64,000 nt of DNA from Eledone cirrhosa (Eukaryota): positions 48,980,001 to 49,044,000 of the forward strand of contig OZ024749.1 in assembly GCA_964016885.1 (NCBI GenBank). Direction: 5' to 3'. Positions 42,851-57,127 of the stretch are shown in pieces. Both the position numbers and the translations under genes were made by a program. The notes beneath the pieces are model-generated. The model had not been told where the DNA came from. It worked only from the letters and a program-made list of their open reading frames with translations, and ran no database searches. The stretch's first letter is position 1. Every line of letters starts with the position of its first letter.

Positions 42851-44670
42851 TGCATGTAAATTATCATTGTAAATGATTACAATCAAAATATATCTGACTT
42901 CAGTATCAAGCTACCAAGATTGCGGTTCAGTGATTTAATTTAAATCTCTCGATATTTTAGTGTTATGATATTCTTTCAAGTCAATACTATGAAAACCTGT
43001 AAACCGGAATAGAGTTAATAACCTATTAGAGATATCCATTCCGTGTAGTTTATACTTTGCTATATAACAAATTTAGATTTTTTTCTGAAATCAAAGTATA
43101 TACATTTACCTTGATACACTTGCTTACTTATGCATGTATCTTCATTGATTTGTTTATTTCTTCAATGGAGGAATATTTGATGTTACAAGAAATTGTATAA
43201 ATACTACGTAGCAAAAATATTATGAATGCGAAACATACAAGGTAATGTTGTCTTAGTCGATTTGAAGTTAACAATATTACAACTTATCTATCTCTCCCTA
43301 TTTCACTTTACAATTTACAGTAAGCTATTATTGATGAGAGAAATTTATGCAACTAAAGTATGCAATTTAAATTGAAAAGTGGGCGTTTCCAAGGTTGATT
43401 AATTATTTATATCCATTAAAATATATTCATAATCTATGAAGGAATTCAAATGGTATTTTAGTTAATATGATAAGGGATATTTTCGAATAAGTCATAAATA
43501 TTAATTGAGTCCGGTTTTAACATTTAAACAAAACAAAAGGAAGAAAAACATATAAGAGAAATCAAAGTAATTTATTTCATGTCTTCTACTTTATTTTCAA
43601 ATGGTATAAAAGTAATTCAGCCAAAAATGTTAAGTCAAATACTATGAATAAATCTTGTGCCTTCTCTCATCTAAAATAGGCATGATCATAGCATATTATT
43701 AAAGAGTTTCGTCTATCGATAACTAGTGTTAAATGTTCCAACTGACATATTCGTTAAAGAACTCATAAAATTATACATTTTTATTTCATTGTTTTTTTTT
43801 TTATTTTTTAATTGTTGCTTGTACTAATTAAACTTTACATACACTCTACGTGAATTCCCCTTCCAGTTTTATAAAAGGAAAAAATCATTTACAAAATAAT
43901 AAGAGAAAGTTATTAGAAATAAAGTAAAATAAAGTGACATCAGAGTAAAAATGTGCATTATTTGTTGCAGTCATTTTTGCTACATGCAATCTCATAAATC
44001 TCATAAATCATTTAGCAACTGGTTTCCGATTTATTTTTCTAACATGAAATGGCGTGTTAGGATTAATCACGGATCGCGGTGGGTAATGCAGAGCATTGTG
44101 ATTAATGAAGCACTACCTCCAGTAAAACGCCCATTTACATGAAAAATAAAAATAATTCAAGGTTTACATCATCAATTAATGTGTTCCTTATATTTTTTTA
44201 TAACTTTGTCATCGATTTGATTTGGTTCATGAATTAATTTCTTCTTCTCTTTATATTAAATAACAGAAACGAAAAAAGAAAAATAAATGAATACCAAATT
44301 TAATGTTTTACGCTGGGAAATTTCAAGTTGTTATCCAAAAATATTAAAAATATCCGTCGAAGATGGCAAGAATTTATCGGAAAATATTAATATTTTAGAC
44401 AAATCTACTCGTACTCTATAATGGAAATTTCACGAACTCATCATATGTACAATTTTCTTTGGTTGTATTTATTATATTTTGTTACATTATCAGATATTGA
44501 GAATAGTTATTCATATCATTAATGTTATCCTGGTTATAATTAATAATATTTTATTGATATTATTGATATTTCACTAGACTTTTATGATGCAAGGTTTTAC
44601 AATTTACTTGAAAATACTCTACGTATTATTTGTACGGTACATAAAGAACTAATTTGTATATATAAATAAT

Positions 44671-44739
44671 TGTTTCTACTTTTGGCACAAAGCCAGCAAT
44701 TATCCCAGTGCATTACTGGTACTTTATTTTACCGACCCC
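44671..44739 (-). mobile_element. SINE 3' fragment with 15-bp TSD
   Basis: gtatatataaataat at 44656-44670 and 44740-44754. Confidence 0.85.
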
Positions 44740-45319
44740 GTATATATAAATAATATTTTATGTAGGGGGTGTATTCCTCCTCACTTCTTTCTTCCTCCCT
44801 CTATCCTTCTCTTTCTTCTCCCTTCTAATATTTCACTTCATTATTTGGATTTCCGTTGTTTTAGTTTTGAGCTGTGCTTTCCTTTCATTCATAAGTGTAG
44901 CTATAAACAATTTGAGTATATATAGAGTTCTATATTTGTCTTCTATGCTTTTTCTATACTAAAACACTCTACGCAATTAATCGCCTGAGCCAAGGAGTGT
45001 TATTTTAAAAAGGCTATGTATATATTTGTAAATCCTATAATTTTGCTTACGTATTTTCTGCGAATTTTTAATCATTCCCAAAATAGTTATCATAGTGACT
45101 GCTTCTAATATATCCCCCTCTACTATTTACAGATCTGTATAGTTGTAAATTATCTCCATTTTTATGTAAGTTATCGTCTATTGGAACTTGCATTATAATT
45201 TAGATTGACTTGTTTTCTTGGACAGGGAATGTAATTTTAACCCAAACTAGTGTAGTTTTGTCATTCTCTGAGAAATTCTCGTACACACACACACATACAC
45301 ACATACGCACACACACATC

Positions 45320-45351
<32 letters not shown>

Positions 45352-45374
45352 TACATATATATATATGTATATGT

Positions 45375-45611
45375 GTGTAATTGTTGTTGGATGCTTAAAG
45401 CGCCAGTATGCGGTAGGTCGTATGAGCACTCGATGCCGTTATAGAGCAGAGTATGATATCACAGAAAATAGAGAATCAGTGTTGCGACGAAAGGAATTTA
45501 TTTATTGGAGATATTACAGTTGTTACTTGGGCGAGCAGCTCGAGGCACGATAGATGTGGTGATCAAACCTGACTCTGAAATCGCGCGTTCCTCGGATACG
45601 TCTCTATACTA

Positions 45612-45615
<4 letters not shown>
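45375..45615 (-). mobile_element. Family B element, single-arm diverged copy in (TA)n
   Basis: Homologous to 7600-7712 and 7743-7917; the hammerhead core has decayed to CCGAGGA...GUAAC. Confidence 0.8.
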
Positions 45616-45683
<68 letters not shown>

Positions 45684-45689
45684 TCTTAT

Positions 45690-46950
45690 TTATATTGGTG
45701 TTCCATAATACCGATATAAAATCCAGTATAAGAAAGCACCAGTTCTGTGATGCTGTTGATATGTTCTGCTTTGGCTACCATTGGTAGTTGGAGACATTGT
45801 GGATATGTTTTGTTCATTAATGTAATACTTTTGGCAGTTTCTCTGCTACAACGAAGTTTCAACATTTCCGTTCTCCACATCTAAAACTACTTTGCTTCGT
45901 CTATTTCTACATTGTTAGAAATGCTTATACATATCTTCATATTTGACAGTCATCATTTGCAGCTTATGAGTAATTGTTCCTTACTGTCAAGTGTTCTTTG
46001 CGACATTCCCTATACTGCCAGCTTTTCATTTGTTTTCGGCTATATTGTGTTTATTGTTGCTTTTACGAATCTTTGCATTGTCTTGTCATGGTTGCTCATC
46101 GTTTTGGCATAATATGATTGATGTACAATCTTATATTTCCAGCTAGCCTATTTACGTGGAGAATCTTATATATGCTAATATGTGATTTTCTAAACAATAC
46201 AGCTTTGTAATCAATTCAGGCTATGTTAACTCACTTCCGTCATTGTCCTGCATTCTACAATCTTCCGATTTATATCCAGGTTCATTTTGCAGCCATCGAA
46301 CTCTTGCCAGAATATTTTCTACTACTCCCGGTTTTATTTAAAATTGTGTACAACCAGGATGAAGTACTTTATGGGTGGAAGGAATTTATAGGCTTGCATA
46401 CGCAGCTACTAAGCTTTAGTTGACGAGTGCTATTTCATGAAATTAATATCTTTCTCCTTTCGGCTACAATTGAAGTGTTCGCTCCATTCCGCCTACTAGT
46501 TTGTGGAATGTTTTTTTTTCTGAAATATCTCTGAGTATGTCCCAACGAATTAAATCAGAAAATGGGCATATTTTCCATCGCAGGAAAATGTTGAAGTTAC
46601 TACAGTTTTTTAGTACCTTAATAATTACAATAATTTGCACTTGTCGGGCCACGCATTCTTTTTGTATTTGTCAATCATGGTTCGTGTTGTGCAGAATATC
46701 TTTTCGTTGGATTTGGTGGATCTTAATGATTTTCCTGTTAGTATCACAGCAAACGTTCTCATTAAACCCTTGTTCTCCGGGAAGAGCCACTGGCATTTTG
46801 CAAAATGTTTCGTCATGTACCTCGTTGCAGGCATGTTTTGCTTAATAGCTTCCAATGTCTTCTTTTTTATTCCCATTTTAATGATTATTTTAAAATTTAA
46901 ATTCGTGTGACACATGCCCCTTTTCATTCGTTTGTCTTTCAGATTTATGT
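45690..46950 (-). mobile_element. Highly decayed R4/Dong-like LINE
   Basis: CKPINSF (cf. YRPITCL), GKSS-GCKMNLDINRKIVE (cf. GCKDQLLINKMI), VNIA*IDYKA (cf. AWIDYKKA) and INHI, in order. Confidence 0.55.
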
Positions 46951-47382
46951 AGTATATTTTCTCTCCAATAAATGATAGTTTTAGAGGAATGCTGTCTCTT
47001 CCGATACTACAGAAGTTACTGAATAAATTGTATCATTATCAGACCTAACGTTTCAAATACCCGTAACAAGGGTCATATTTTACTTTCATTTCATTTTATT
47101 TCATAGGTCCCGACTTCACAGTGAGTGTTGCATTGATTTATAAGATTTTTTTAAAATATTTTTCTATATAATATATCGAGCCAAATTTAATTAATGACTA
47201 TATGCAAGACTCTTTTTGTTTACTATTTTGTTAAAGACTTGTTTAGAAAGAATAGAACAGCCACCGTCTTTTTGATATTGAATAAATCATAAACTTTCCA
47301 TAAAATTCATGCTTGATTTAGTAGACTGATTAAGAATCTCATTCTGTTGTAATTTCCAGTATATATACATATAAATAAATAA

Positions 47383-47445
<63 letters not shown>

Positions 47446-47595
47446 AGAGAATGTGCGCAGGCTGGTAGGTATATTTTTATATCCAATTGCTATAGGTTAT
47501 CATTAAAAGTGAACCATTATCCAATCAGTTATTCATTGTTGATTTTAACGCGTTCTCCTACTCTGCTGCATATATCCAGCTCCAAAACAGATCAG

Positions 47596-47637
<42 letters not shown>

Positions 47638-47679
47638 AAGTAGCTTTGTTCCGATTGCAATTTATTTGGCTTGTAGAAT

Positions 47680-48320
47680 TCTTTGAAGCTGGACTAATAA
47701 AAATTCTATCTGAAGAAGAGAAGTATTATTTATCTTCGATCAGGCATACGATGAAAAGTCCATTGCAATTAGGTTGGTGATAATAGGGTGCATATGTTTA
47801 GTACATATTGATTTCATCTTTGGTGGACATTTAGCTATTGATATGAAAACAGGCGTGAATGACACACGATGTTTTCTTATACTTGGAGGTTGCTATAAAA
47901 GCCTGGCTGATTGCCATATTGTTTGTATTTCTCTGTATTTCGTTGTAGCATTCTATAAATCTTGCACGCAATTGTTATATGTGTACATATATTTGGGCAT
48001 GTTATGTTTCCTTGGTAAAGGGATACTATTTTAACATATATTCATTAAACTCATGTATCAGCAATGAGATGAATGTACAGATGGAGTACGCAGGCCTGTT
48101 ATTATTGTCACTTACATATTCAGGAATTCTTTGAAGCTATTGTCAGCGAAGATATTCGGATAGTATATAGTATCTCTCCGCTAGTAAGAATTGATATATT
48201 ATAACCACCAGGTTTTAGCTTTGGATCTAATCTGCGTTTAACATTGTTCATTGCTGATAGTAAAATCAATGATACGTTGTCAACATATTGTAGTGTGTTC
48301 TGAATTACTACAAGATTGAG
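47680..48320 (-). mobile_element. Another decayed R4/Dong-like RT fragment
   Basis: LQYVDNVSLILLSAMN...GGYNI (cf. FQGDSLSPLLF.LA.N...GY) and LNVHQ.MKSI...PIIT (cf. LN..NK.KAIN..A.PVI). Confidence 0.38.
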
Positions 48321-50125
48321 ATGGTTATATAATTGATCAATATGTGTTTAGGTAGCATAGGAAACGGGATTAGAACTGACATATATCCTTGTAAAACGAA
48401 TTGACAGATTACTTATCCTTAAGCTTTTATCAAAGCTGAAAACAAATCTAGGAAATTCGTATAGGATTTTATATTCTAATGATCTTAGCTTCATGAATAA
48501 AGATCATGTCTGCTATCCGGATATGGTGAAACAAACTAACCAGAATATAAGAAAACAAACAAAAAATGTCTTAAACTAAATTTGTCTGAACCATTACTCA
48601 ATGAAAGCTGGTGCTAGTATAACTAGCAAAATGAGATTATTTGGTGTAAATCTTAGAATCAAAGACAATTAATGTAATATTAAAACCTTAGATATGTAAA
48701 TATCGTTCCGACTACCCATGGACAAATTCCACAATGAATCAATGATAAAGAATGCATTTGATTTCAAGTAACTATCGAAATCAATAAGCTTTCTTTTCAT
48801 ATCGATCTTGAATAATACGTTTCAGCATCAATATCAATAGTGGTAGCAAAGAAACCAATTTCCCATGCCGGGCTAGATCACGTAGTATTAGAAGGAAAAC
48901 AAAACTATAATTATTGGGTTTCGTAACGTTGATTTCTTACATGCAGCACATTCCAGAGTAAAACAGGGTGTAATATGATATAGTGATATTATGGTTGCTC
49001 ACACTATCAATGATGAATGTTGCTGGAAATATAATTACTGCACACACATTGGTTGTGAAACCTTTAATAATACTTAAATCTATAATTGTGATTTTGAAGC
49101 TCATGTTCATGATATTAATTATGTTAAATATGTTAACGATGATTCCAAATCAGAAACTGCACATTATTACTATAAAATATGCAACCTGTAGAGGCTTTTC
49201 TTGTCTCTGTACGGAAAATATGTTTCATAGATTTTCGTTTCGACCAGTACAAATTCTATTACTCATTATATATTATTTAAAAAAAACACGAACATATGGA
49301 AATCGTTATTTCTAGATTCACAATGTTTAACTGCAAATAAATATGCAGACGTAGCAAATTAAATATATATTTATGTTATTTCCCACGTGGTTATGTTATC
49401 TTTACTTTAAACTCTGAATAGTTATTAACTTTTGGTATATTCCAAGCAGCATTTTTTCAATTAAAAATCGACGAATATTTTAGCAACACACAATGATACA
49501 AGTGAGGGTTATAGTAAATTAGATCACCAAGTATTAATGGTGCTTAATATCCTGGTGGATATTTATGAATTGCTAGAATACGTAGAGCGACATACAAACA
49601 TTACTAGTAGTATTTAGTTTCAGTCCTCTATAATGTGTACCATTCGGTCTAATTCGAATATTACATGATATCGTTTCCTGCCGATTTCGATAAAATATTT
49701 ACCAAGGACGGACTAATTATATATACATATTTTCTTTATTCTGTTATTGGTTTCAGTAAAACGATGGCCATGCTGCAGAAATGCAGGGACCTTAGGTAAT
49801 TTGGGCTTTGGGTTATTTAGAGGAGCATATCGATTTATTAATATGCTTTTTATGTTAGAGATTTATATTTGATGAACGGTTAATTTCAACAAACTTATGC
49901 ATACACTTACGTACAAGAACGGAAACACGCACAAATACAAAATAGTAAAACATATATATTGAAAACATCGTTCTACTGTCGAATTATCCTTTTTGTCCCA
50001 CGATCAATACTTAGGCTGAACATATTAGTATATATTGATTGGTCCTTTAAATTTGTATTAACAAACGAATACACACACACACACACACACCCATACACAC
50101 ACACATACACACACACACACACACG

Positions 50126-50309
<184 letters not shown>

Positions 50310-50649
50310 GGAGAGTGAGAGAGAGTGATGAGTGTTTGCTTATATTGCAAGTAACCTTATATTTGGAATGCCATAGTGAGTATAACTGTAGGTGCCTCAT
50401 TAAAATGGAACACCATCGTACACTTTATACTTAACTGATACTTTTCATACTCTAAAACAACTAAGATAACTGAAATGTGTGTGTGTTAGCCATCTCCATA
50501 GACAATTCCTTCTACGTAAATTCCAGCCGTCCCATATGCCCAAGAAACCCACATAATCATAATAGTACTACAGTGTACCATAGAATGTTTCAGGTTACTT
50601 TATAACGTTACTATAATACTAAATGAATGAGAAAGTGGTATATATAAAC

Positions 50650-51560
50650 TCTTATCGTCTAAAATTCTCTAGCCAGAACGAATGCCATTTTTCTACAGAG
50701 ACTACACCGATTCTTTTTCCATTCTGCTTCTATTCAGTTTCTAATATTTGATGATTTGGCAGGCTCTGTTCGTGTTTTACAAAAGAATGTATTAAGCCCG
50801 TAGCAAGATTTTTGTCAGTTATTTCCAATTAGCTGATTTCTCTCTTTTTTCATATATGAAATATTAGGAGAATCTCAATAAGCACCTTTAGGGGAATTTA
50901 TATGACTTCATATTATAGCAACCTCTGTTTTAATATTCTCACGTAGAATAACAAAAACATTTCCTTATTATTTCATATTTGACGCAGGCAATTACTGGCT
51001 CAATCTAATAAACAGTTTATCCCATAAATAAGTCAGCGGTGGCATTTCCATTATAATAAAATATTAGTATTCAAGAGTATTAATAATTTAGTTAGTAATA
51101 CAAGCAGCATTAACATTAGCAGCGGCATTAACAACAGCAACAAGAACCCACAGTGAAAGCAATATAGAATCACACATAATGTTGACAGATAAATTCAAAT
51201 TCTAAAGACTATATTCAGTTTGAATAGATTTTGTTTCTCATCCAATACGGTATTGCCTAGGTCTGCTAAGATGAATACATTTTATAGTCAATTGGAATGC
51301 ATTCATTCATGGATGCATAATCTCTCTCTTCAATAGTATGAAGAGTCTGACTGAACTCTGTACTTGAGGTTATAATCATATACAGTTCTAAATCGGGATT
51401 ATATTCATGTTCATTATGATTATTATTGTGACAATACTCTCTAATAGAATATCCTGGACATCTGACTGTTATCCTAGCAAAGTAAGGTCTTTCTCATAGA
51501 CTACCTCAGCGTCACCAGTAGTATTGTGTTCTGTCGTTTAGTGTAATCCAAACAGGTGTC
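50650..51560 (-). mobile_element. Decayed RTE-type RT fragment
   Basis: VYEKDLTLL...VQDILLES (cf. DFADDIALL...AQ.LL) and NLKY (cf. DFKYLG). Confidence 0.33.
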
Positions 51561-51855
51561 TATAGAGAAATAGATGATCAAGCTTTTAGAACAGTGAAAC
51601 CAAACTATTCTTCTACCAAACGTTATAACATATCGTATATGTCTTCACATACACACCTATGCAGCATTTCAAAGGAATAAATAGAAACCATCATATATTA
51701 TTTAAAAATTACATTATTGATTAAGCATCATGTCGCGTCATATTTTTATTATTCCCTTTTCAGCCTTAATTGAAGATGTCTATGATCGACAGATTGGTGC
51801 CGTGATCATCTCGTTTTTTTCTATCATTTACCCCATATTATTTTACTACGCATAC

Positions 51856-52043
51856 GGTGGTGGATTGGCAGTATCGGTAGAGGGTCGGACGCCATGCTTT
51901 CCAGCATAGTTACGTCCCTTTACGATCTGAGTTCAAATCCCGCGGAAGTTGACTTTGCCTTTCATCCTTACGGGGTCGATAAAATAAAGTACCAGTAATG
52001 CACTGGGTAATTGCTGGCCTTGTGCCTAAAGTAGAAACAATTA
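51856..52043 (+). mobile_element. Full-length tRNA-derived SINE with 17-bp TSD
   Basis: A and B boxes intact; attattttactacgcat at 51837-51853 and 52040-52056. Confidence 0.95.
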
Positions 52044-52777
52044 TTTTACTACGCATTCTTTTCTCTTATGAGAGCTTTAATTGAAAAAATGTTGTTCTTA
52101 TATGTAGTAGATATATCAAACGACGCAAAAACTCCCAGAACTGTCAAATCTTTGTTTAAATTGTAAGTAACTTGTAATTCACGAACGAGAATATGTGATT
52201 AAATGACGAATATGGCGTCAATCACCTTGAAGCAGCCGACAGTAAAACCAAATAGCGTTGTATAATTAAAACAATATATATTACACGATTTGTTTTCTGT
52301 CATTGAATACTGTCGCCAGGAAAACAGCTAATTGGAAGAAATAGAAAATAAATGAGATATATCGGGAGAAATTATCCCTGACAGCGCCAATGTTGTTTCA
52401 GATATGACATTTGTTTCCTTAAAGCTTCTTAGAAATTTCTAGCTCACTTGTATGTGCTTCATCACTTATATGCAGAATAATAGAATAACCGCTATATAAC
52501 ATTTTTGCAATTCTAGCTCATTACATAATCACAAATTGTGTCAGGATTTTTTCAAAAGAATCTTCTATAAACAGACAGTTCATGACACAACAAATTTTAG
52601 ATTTCAACTTTGATATTATTATTTTTGATTTATCTATGTTCTGCATTTGCTATATAGTATGAAGACATTAATTATCTCATTTTGCCTATTGCATATATCA
52701 TCACGTTTCTATGTCTTTTGTTCTCATTCAATAGTCCACCATAGTAATGTTTTCACACATGTTGTACCTGCCATTGA

Positions 52778-52920
52778 TAATAATGGTTCCTGATTCAGGC
52801 ACAAGACAAATTGTTATATAATAGAAGACTTCAACTGAATCGGGCTCAGCGTATTAATAGTGCGTTATATTATCGATCCTATAATGATGAAAGGTAAATC
52901 TATTCTCAGCGGTAATTCAA
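52778..52920 (-). mobile_element. Old degenerate SINE
   Basis: ggcacaag...ttatcgatcc...gatgaaaggtaaa. Confidence 0.55.
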
Positions 52921-52988
52921 GACTGTGGCATGCAATGTATTGTAAATGTATTTTTTATGAAATAATTTATTAGCTATGTTAATATTTT

Positions 52989-53056
52989 CGATAAATAAAG
53001 TACCAGTAATGCACTGGAATAATTGCTGGTCTTGTGCCAAAAGTAGAAACAATTAT
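52989..53056 (+). mobile_element. SINE 3' fragment
   Basis: cgataaataaagtaccagtaatgcactgg...gtagaaacaattat. Confidence 0.85.
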
Positions 53057-53374
53057 GTATGTGTGTTAGTGTGTTATGTATTATGAAATTATTAGAAAAC
53101 ATGAACATTCAATTTCCACGATTATAAAAAGTTCTTTGAAAAATAACTTGATTAGAATATAGGAGATATGCGAGAACGAGTAATATTTTTGTTTAACTCG
53201 ACTAATATAATGGCTACAAGCTATAGTTCAGAGATTCGAGATATATAACACCAAGGCCGATAAGCAAACAATGATATATCACGAAATGTTGAATTTAGAA
53301 GGTTACATCTTAACTGGCTGTTTATACTTTCCCACAGATGAAAGATTAAACACACACAAACACTCACAGATATG

Positions 53375-53531
<157 letters not shown>

Positions 53532-55391
53532 CTGTGTGTGTGTATGTGTGTGCATTTGTATGTGTGTGTGCGTATGTATGTGTATGCTATGTGTTTGTAT
53601 GTTCTAAGGACATTTGATCTCCTTTTATAATGTATGTTATCTGATAGATAAACATGAACTACCACACTTGAATATGTATGCAAATAGACCTCCAGTAAGT
53701 AAAAGACAATTACAAATTTGATCTACATCAAAACAAAATCAAATAAACAATTACCTTAAAGAAAAACCAAGAACACTCATAAAATTCGAAATAATAATGA
53801 ATACAAAACCTGCATAAAACAGTCATATACACAGACAGAGGAAACCCGGCAATGTATACTATGTGTGTGCACCCTAAAGAGATCGTTATCTAAAGATAAA
53901 TAGTCATACTCAGTAATTGGTTGGTATATAATAATATTGATATACTTAAATAAACAGAAATCCTCAATAGATATGCATGAAATAATTAAATAAAACATAT
54001 TTTTCTGATATTGTGCAATTTATATTTATTTCTATGCTATTTAAAATGTTATGGTTAATATTACTATTAATAATAGGCGTCAATGTAATTATATTACTAA
54101 TGTAACTACTATTCCTACAACTACGATGACTTCTGAACAACAAACAATAATAAAAATAACATTAACAAAAATAATGATAATAATAATAACAACACCAATA
54201 AGGATGATGATGGTGATAATGATGATGACGATGTAGATAAAAATATCTGTATTATTATTATTATTTTTTTTATTTTTATATTTATTTATTTATTATTATT
54301 ATTATTGTTATTATTATTGCCCTTATGCCAATGTAAAAAATCGTTATTTTAAGAACTCGCAATAGAAATATTTGTATTTCTCCAGCTAATTGATATAATT
54401 GCAGATTCTCTTGATAACTTTCATCCCCTTAAGTATAGTATCATAATATACAAAAAAGTGGGTTGTTTAAACTGAAGTTTATTTAGCGGCATCGGCATGT
54501 TATTTCGAATAGCAGAATAAATAACAAAAAAAATATTTCAAAAGCAGTCTACGTATGTTGAGAGATTGGCATATGTGAATCACGTGTAAATGCATGTGTG
54601 TTGAAAAAGGGGAATCAAAGGTAAGGTATGTTTGTGAGGAAAGCAGTTTATAAAATATGTGTATATTATCACTTATATGAAATTTTGAATTAATAACATA
54701 TGGATATAAAAAGCATATTTTCCTTTCTTCGAAAGCGATATTCCTTCTTCATATTCAAATTAATATAGCTAGTAAAACCCAGATAATGATAACTCTAAAG
54801 TACATAACAAAGTAAAGAAAATACAAATCATTTAACGAACATAGTTAGTATTAATTTTAAGATTAATCATACAGTTATGTTTGTAAATTCATATGTAACC
54901 TTTTTTGATAAATCTTTGAAAGCCATGTGTTTAAATTTACCTTTAACCAAACATATCAGATTTCTGAGATTTTCTGAAGTAGTCTGAGAATTGATTCCAC
55001 TATGTTACATATATATTTTGCAGAACTATATTGCAGTTGATTATAATGAATCTGGAATGTCAATAAACTTTCTCAGATTTCTCCCCATGCCAATCAACAT
55101 GTTTCACTATGTTATTAATTTCCTCACCCTATATTACCATTAATCCTTCTATTATGCGAAACCTAAAACATTTTCAATAAAGTTATATGAAACACAATTC
55201 TCTGACTGGTGTTGATACTCCAATTCCTAACCATTTAATCACACCCAGTCTCCATTCTCCCAGATCATATGTTCCATTAATATTGTTATGTTATTTCAAT
55301 CTCTAGTATTACATGCCTACATTATATTGTTCACAGAGTAGTCTAATTTTCTTGACTCTCTACCATAATTATCTTGCTGACACATGCCTAT

Positions 55392-55435
55392 GTTCAATTT
55401 ATGCACTCCCTCCGTTCAATTTATTCACTCCCTCC
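55392..55435. repeat. 22-bp tandem duplication
   Basis: Two copies of gttcaatttat(g/t)cactccctcc. Confidence 0.9.
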
Positions 55436-56301
55436 TTTTCTGCTATTTCTCTTTATGGCAGAATTTTCAGAAGTGACCGTATATAAAATATTATTACGGG
55501 TTTAACATCTGATGTCCCAATTAAAGCATATTAATGTTTTCTTGCTAGGCAAACCGTTTTTTATGAAATGAAACACTGACCACCAAAACATTACTCTACT
55601 TTAATAGACTTACATAGAAGGTTACATTTATTCCTTGACTGAAAATCTTTTCTGAAATTATGGATTCGTACATTTTTACATCGGTGTGCGTTTAATGCCG
55701 TCAATATGTTATACTTCTGAAATCTTATATTTGACTATTATATTGTTTGTAAAATTCTGCTTAAAAATAATTATGTATACATACTATCAATATTTTTCGA
55801 GAATAAATCAATGTGTCCAATATTAAGAAGTGTTTAAGGCTTCTATTAATATATTTCCATTTCACTTTAGCTAACTGAAAAATGATTTTTGGATATTTCA
55901 ATATTGAAATGTTCGGAATATTAGAACTTTTAACAATACTTCTCTCATCTAATTTAATTCCAAAATATTCATGAATGTTTGTTATATATATTCTTCAACT
56001 TTTCTTTCAATTTGGCCCTAATGTATTGCATAGTCCTTCATCGGATTTTAATCAGTTTATTGCCATGCTATCGTAAGAAGGAATTATTTCAGCCTTAAGT
56101 TTATTTCTATGCATCTTGTTTGGTACTCCATTCAATATGGAACTTTATGGCATTAACTTTAATGACAATTCTAATTGAAATTACAATTTGATAATTAATT
56201 ATTAAACACAAATGGTGAGAGAATTCCCTGAAAATTCAAGTTATTATGAAAACCCCTTCATAAATCACCAATCACGTGTTCACACACGTTTTTAGCATAA
56301 C

Positions 56302-56490
56302 ATAATTGTTTCTATTTTAGGCACAAGGCCAGCAATTACCCAGTACATTACTGGTACTTTATTTTATCGACCCCGTAAGGATGAAAGGCAAAGTTAACCT
56401 CGGCGGGATTTGAACTCAGATCATTAAGGGACGTAACTCTATGCTTCAAAGCAAGGCGTCCTCTACCGATACTGCCAATCCACCACCGCC
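56302..56490 (-). mobile_element. Full-length tRNA-derived SINE
   Basis: Matches consensus; possible TSD cataa(c/a)ataat. Confidence 0.93.
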
Positions 56491-56571
56491 CATAAAATAA
56501 TAATGAGAAAATGTTTCCCTATCTACACAAATACAGAAACGCATACATATGATGACTTTTCTGCAGTAATC

Positions 56572-56606
<35 letters not shown>

Positions 56607-56902
56607 GGGTGGTTGGGTGTGTGTCTGTGTGTGTATGTGTGTGTATGTGTGTGTGTGTGTTTGTCTAAAATTCCCAGCGTGGATGTTGTAGCTTTTAGAT
56701 TGAAATATGTTACAATGAAAAACATTAATGTAGTATATGTAGTTCTGATTTCTACGATATGTATGAAATTCTTATACTTCCAATTAATTACAGTTCTGAT
56801 TATTTATTAATATTTCACACAAACACGCAATAGGATGTATGCACATCAGTGTGTGTGTGAGGATGTATATATAAATATATATATATATATATGTGGTGTG
56901 TA

Positions 56903-56942
<40 letters not shown>

Positions 56943-56986
56943 ATATACATATAAACATGCATACACACACACACACACACACACAC

Positions 56987-57113
<127 letters not shown>

Positions 57114-57127
57114 TATATATATATTTT

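Noticed and set aside
51856-51945. tRNA gene
   Set aside because: A and B boxes are present but belong to the SINE head; no cloverleaf.
54950-55300. Possible minus-strand LINE endonuclease remnant (and a similar RTE-like trace at 33.2-33.35 kb)
   Set aside because: Motif similarity is too weak to call without a search.
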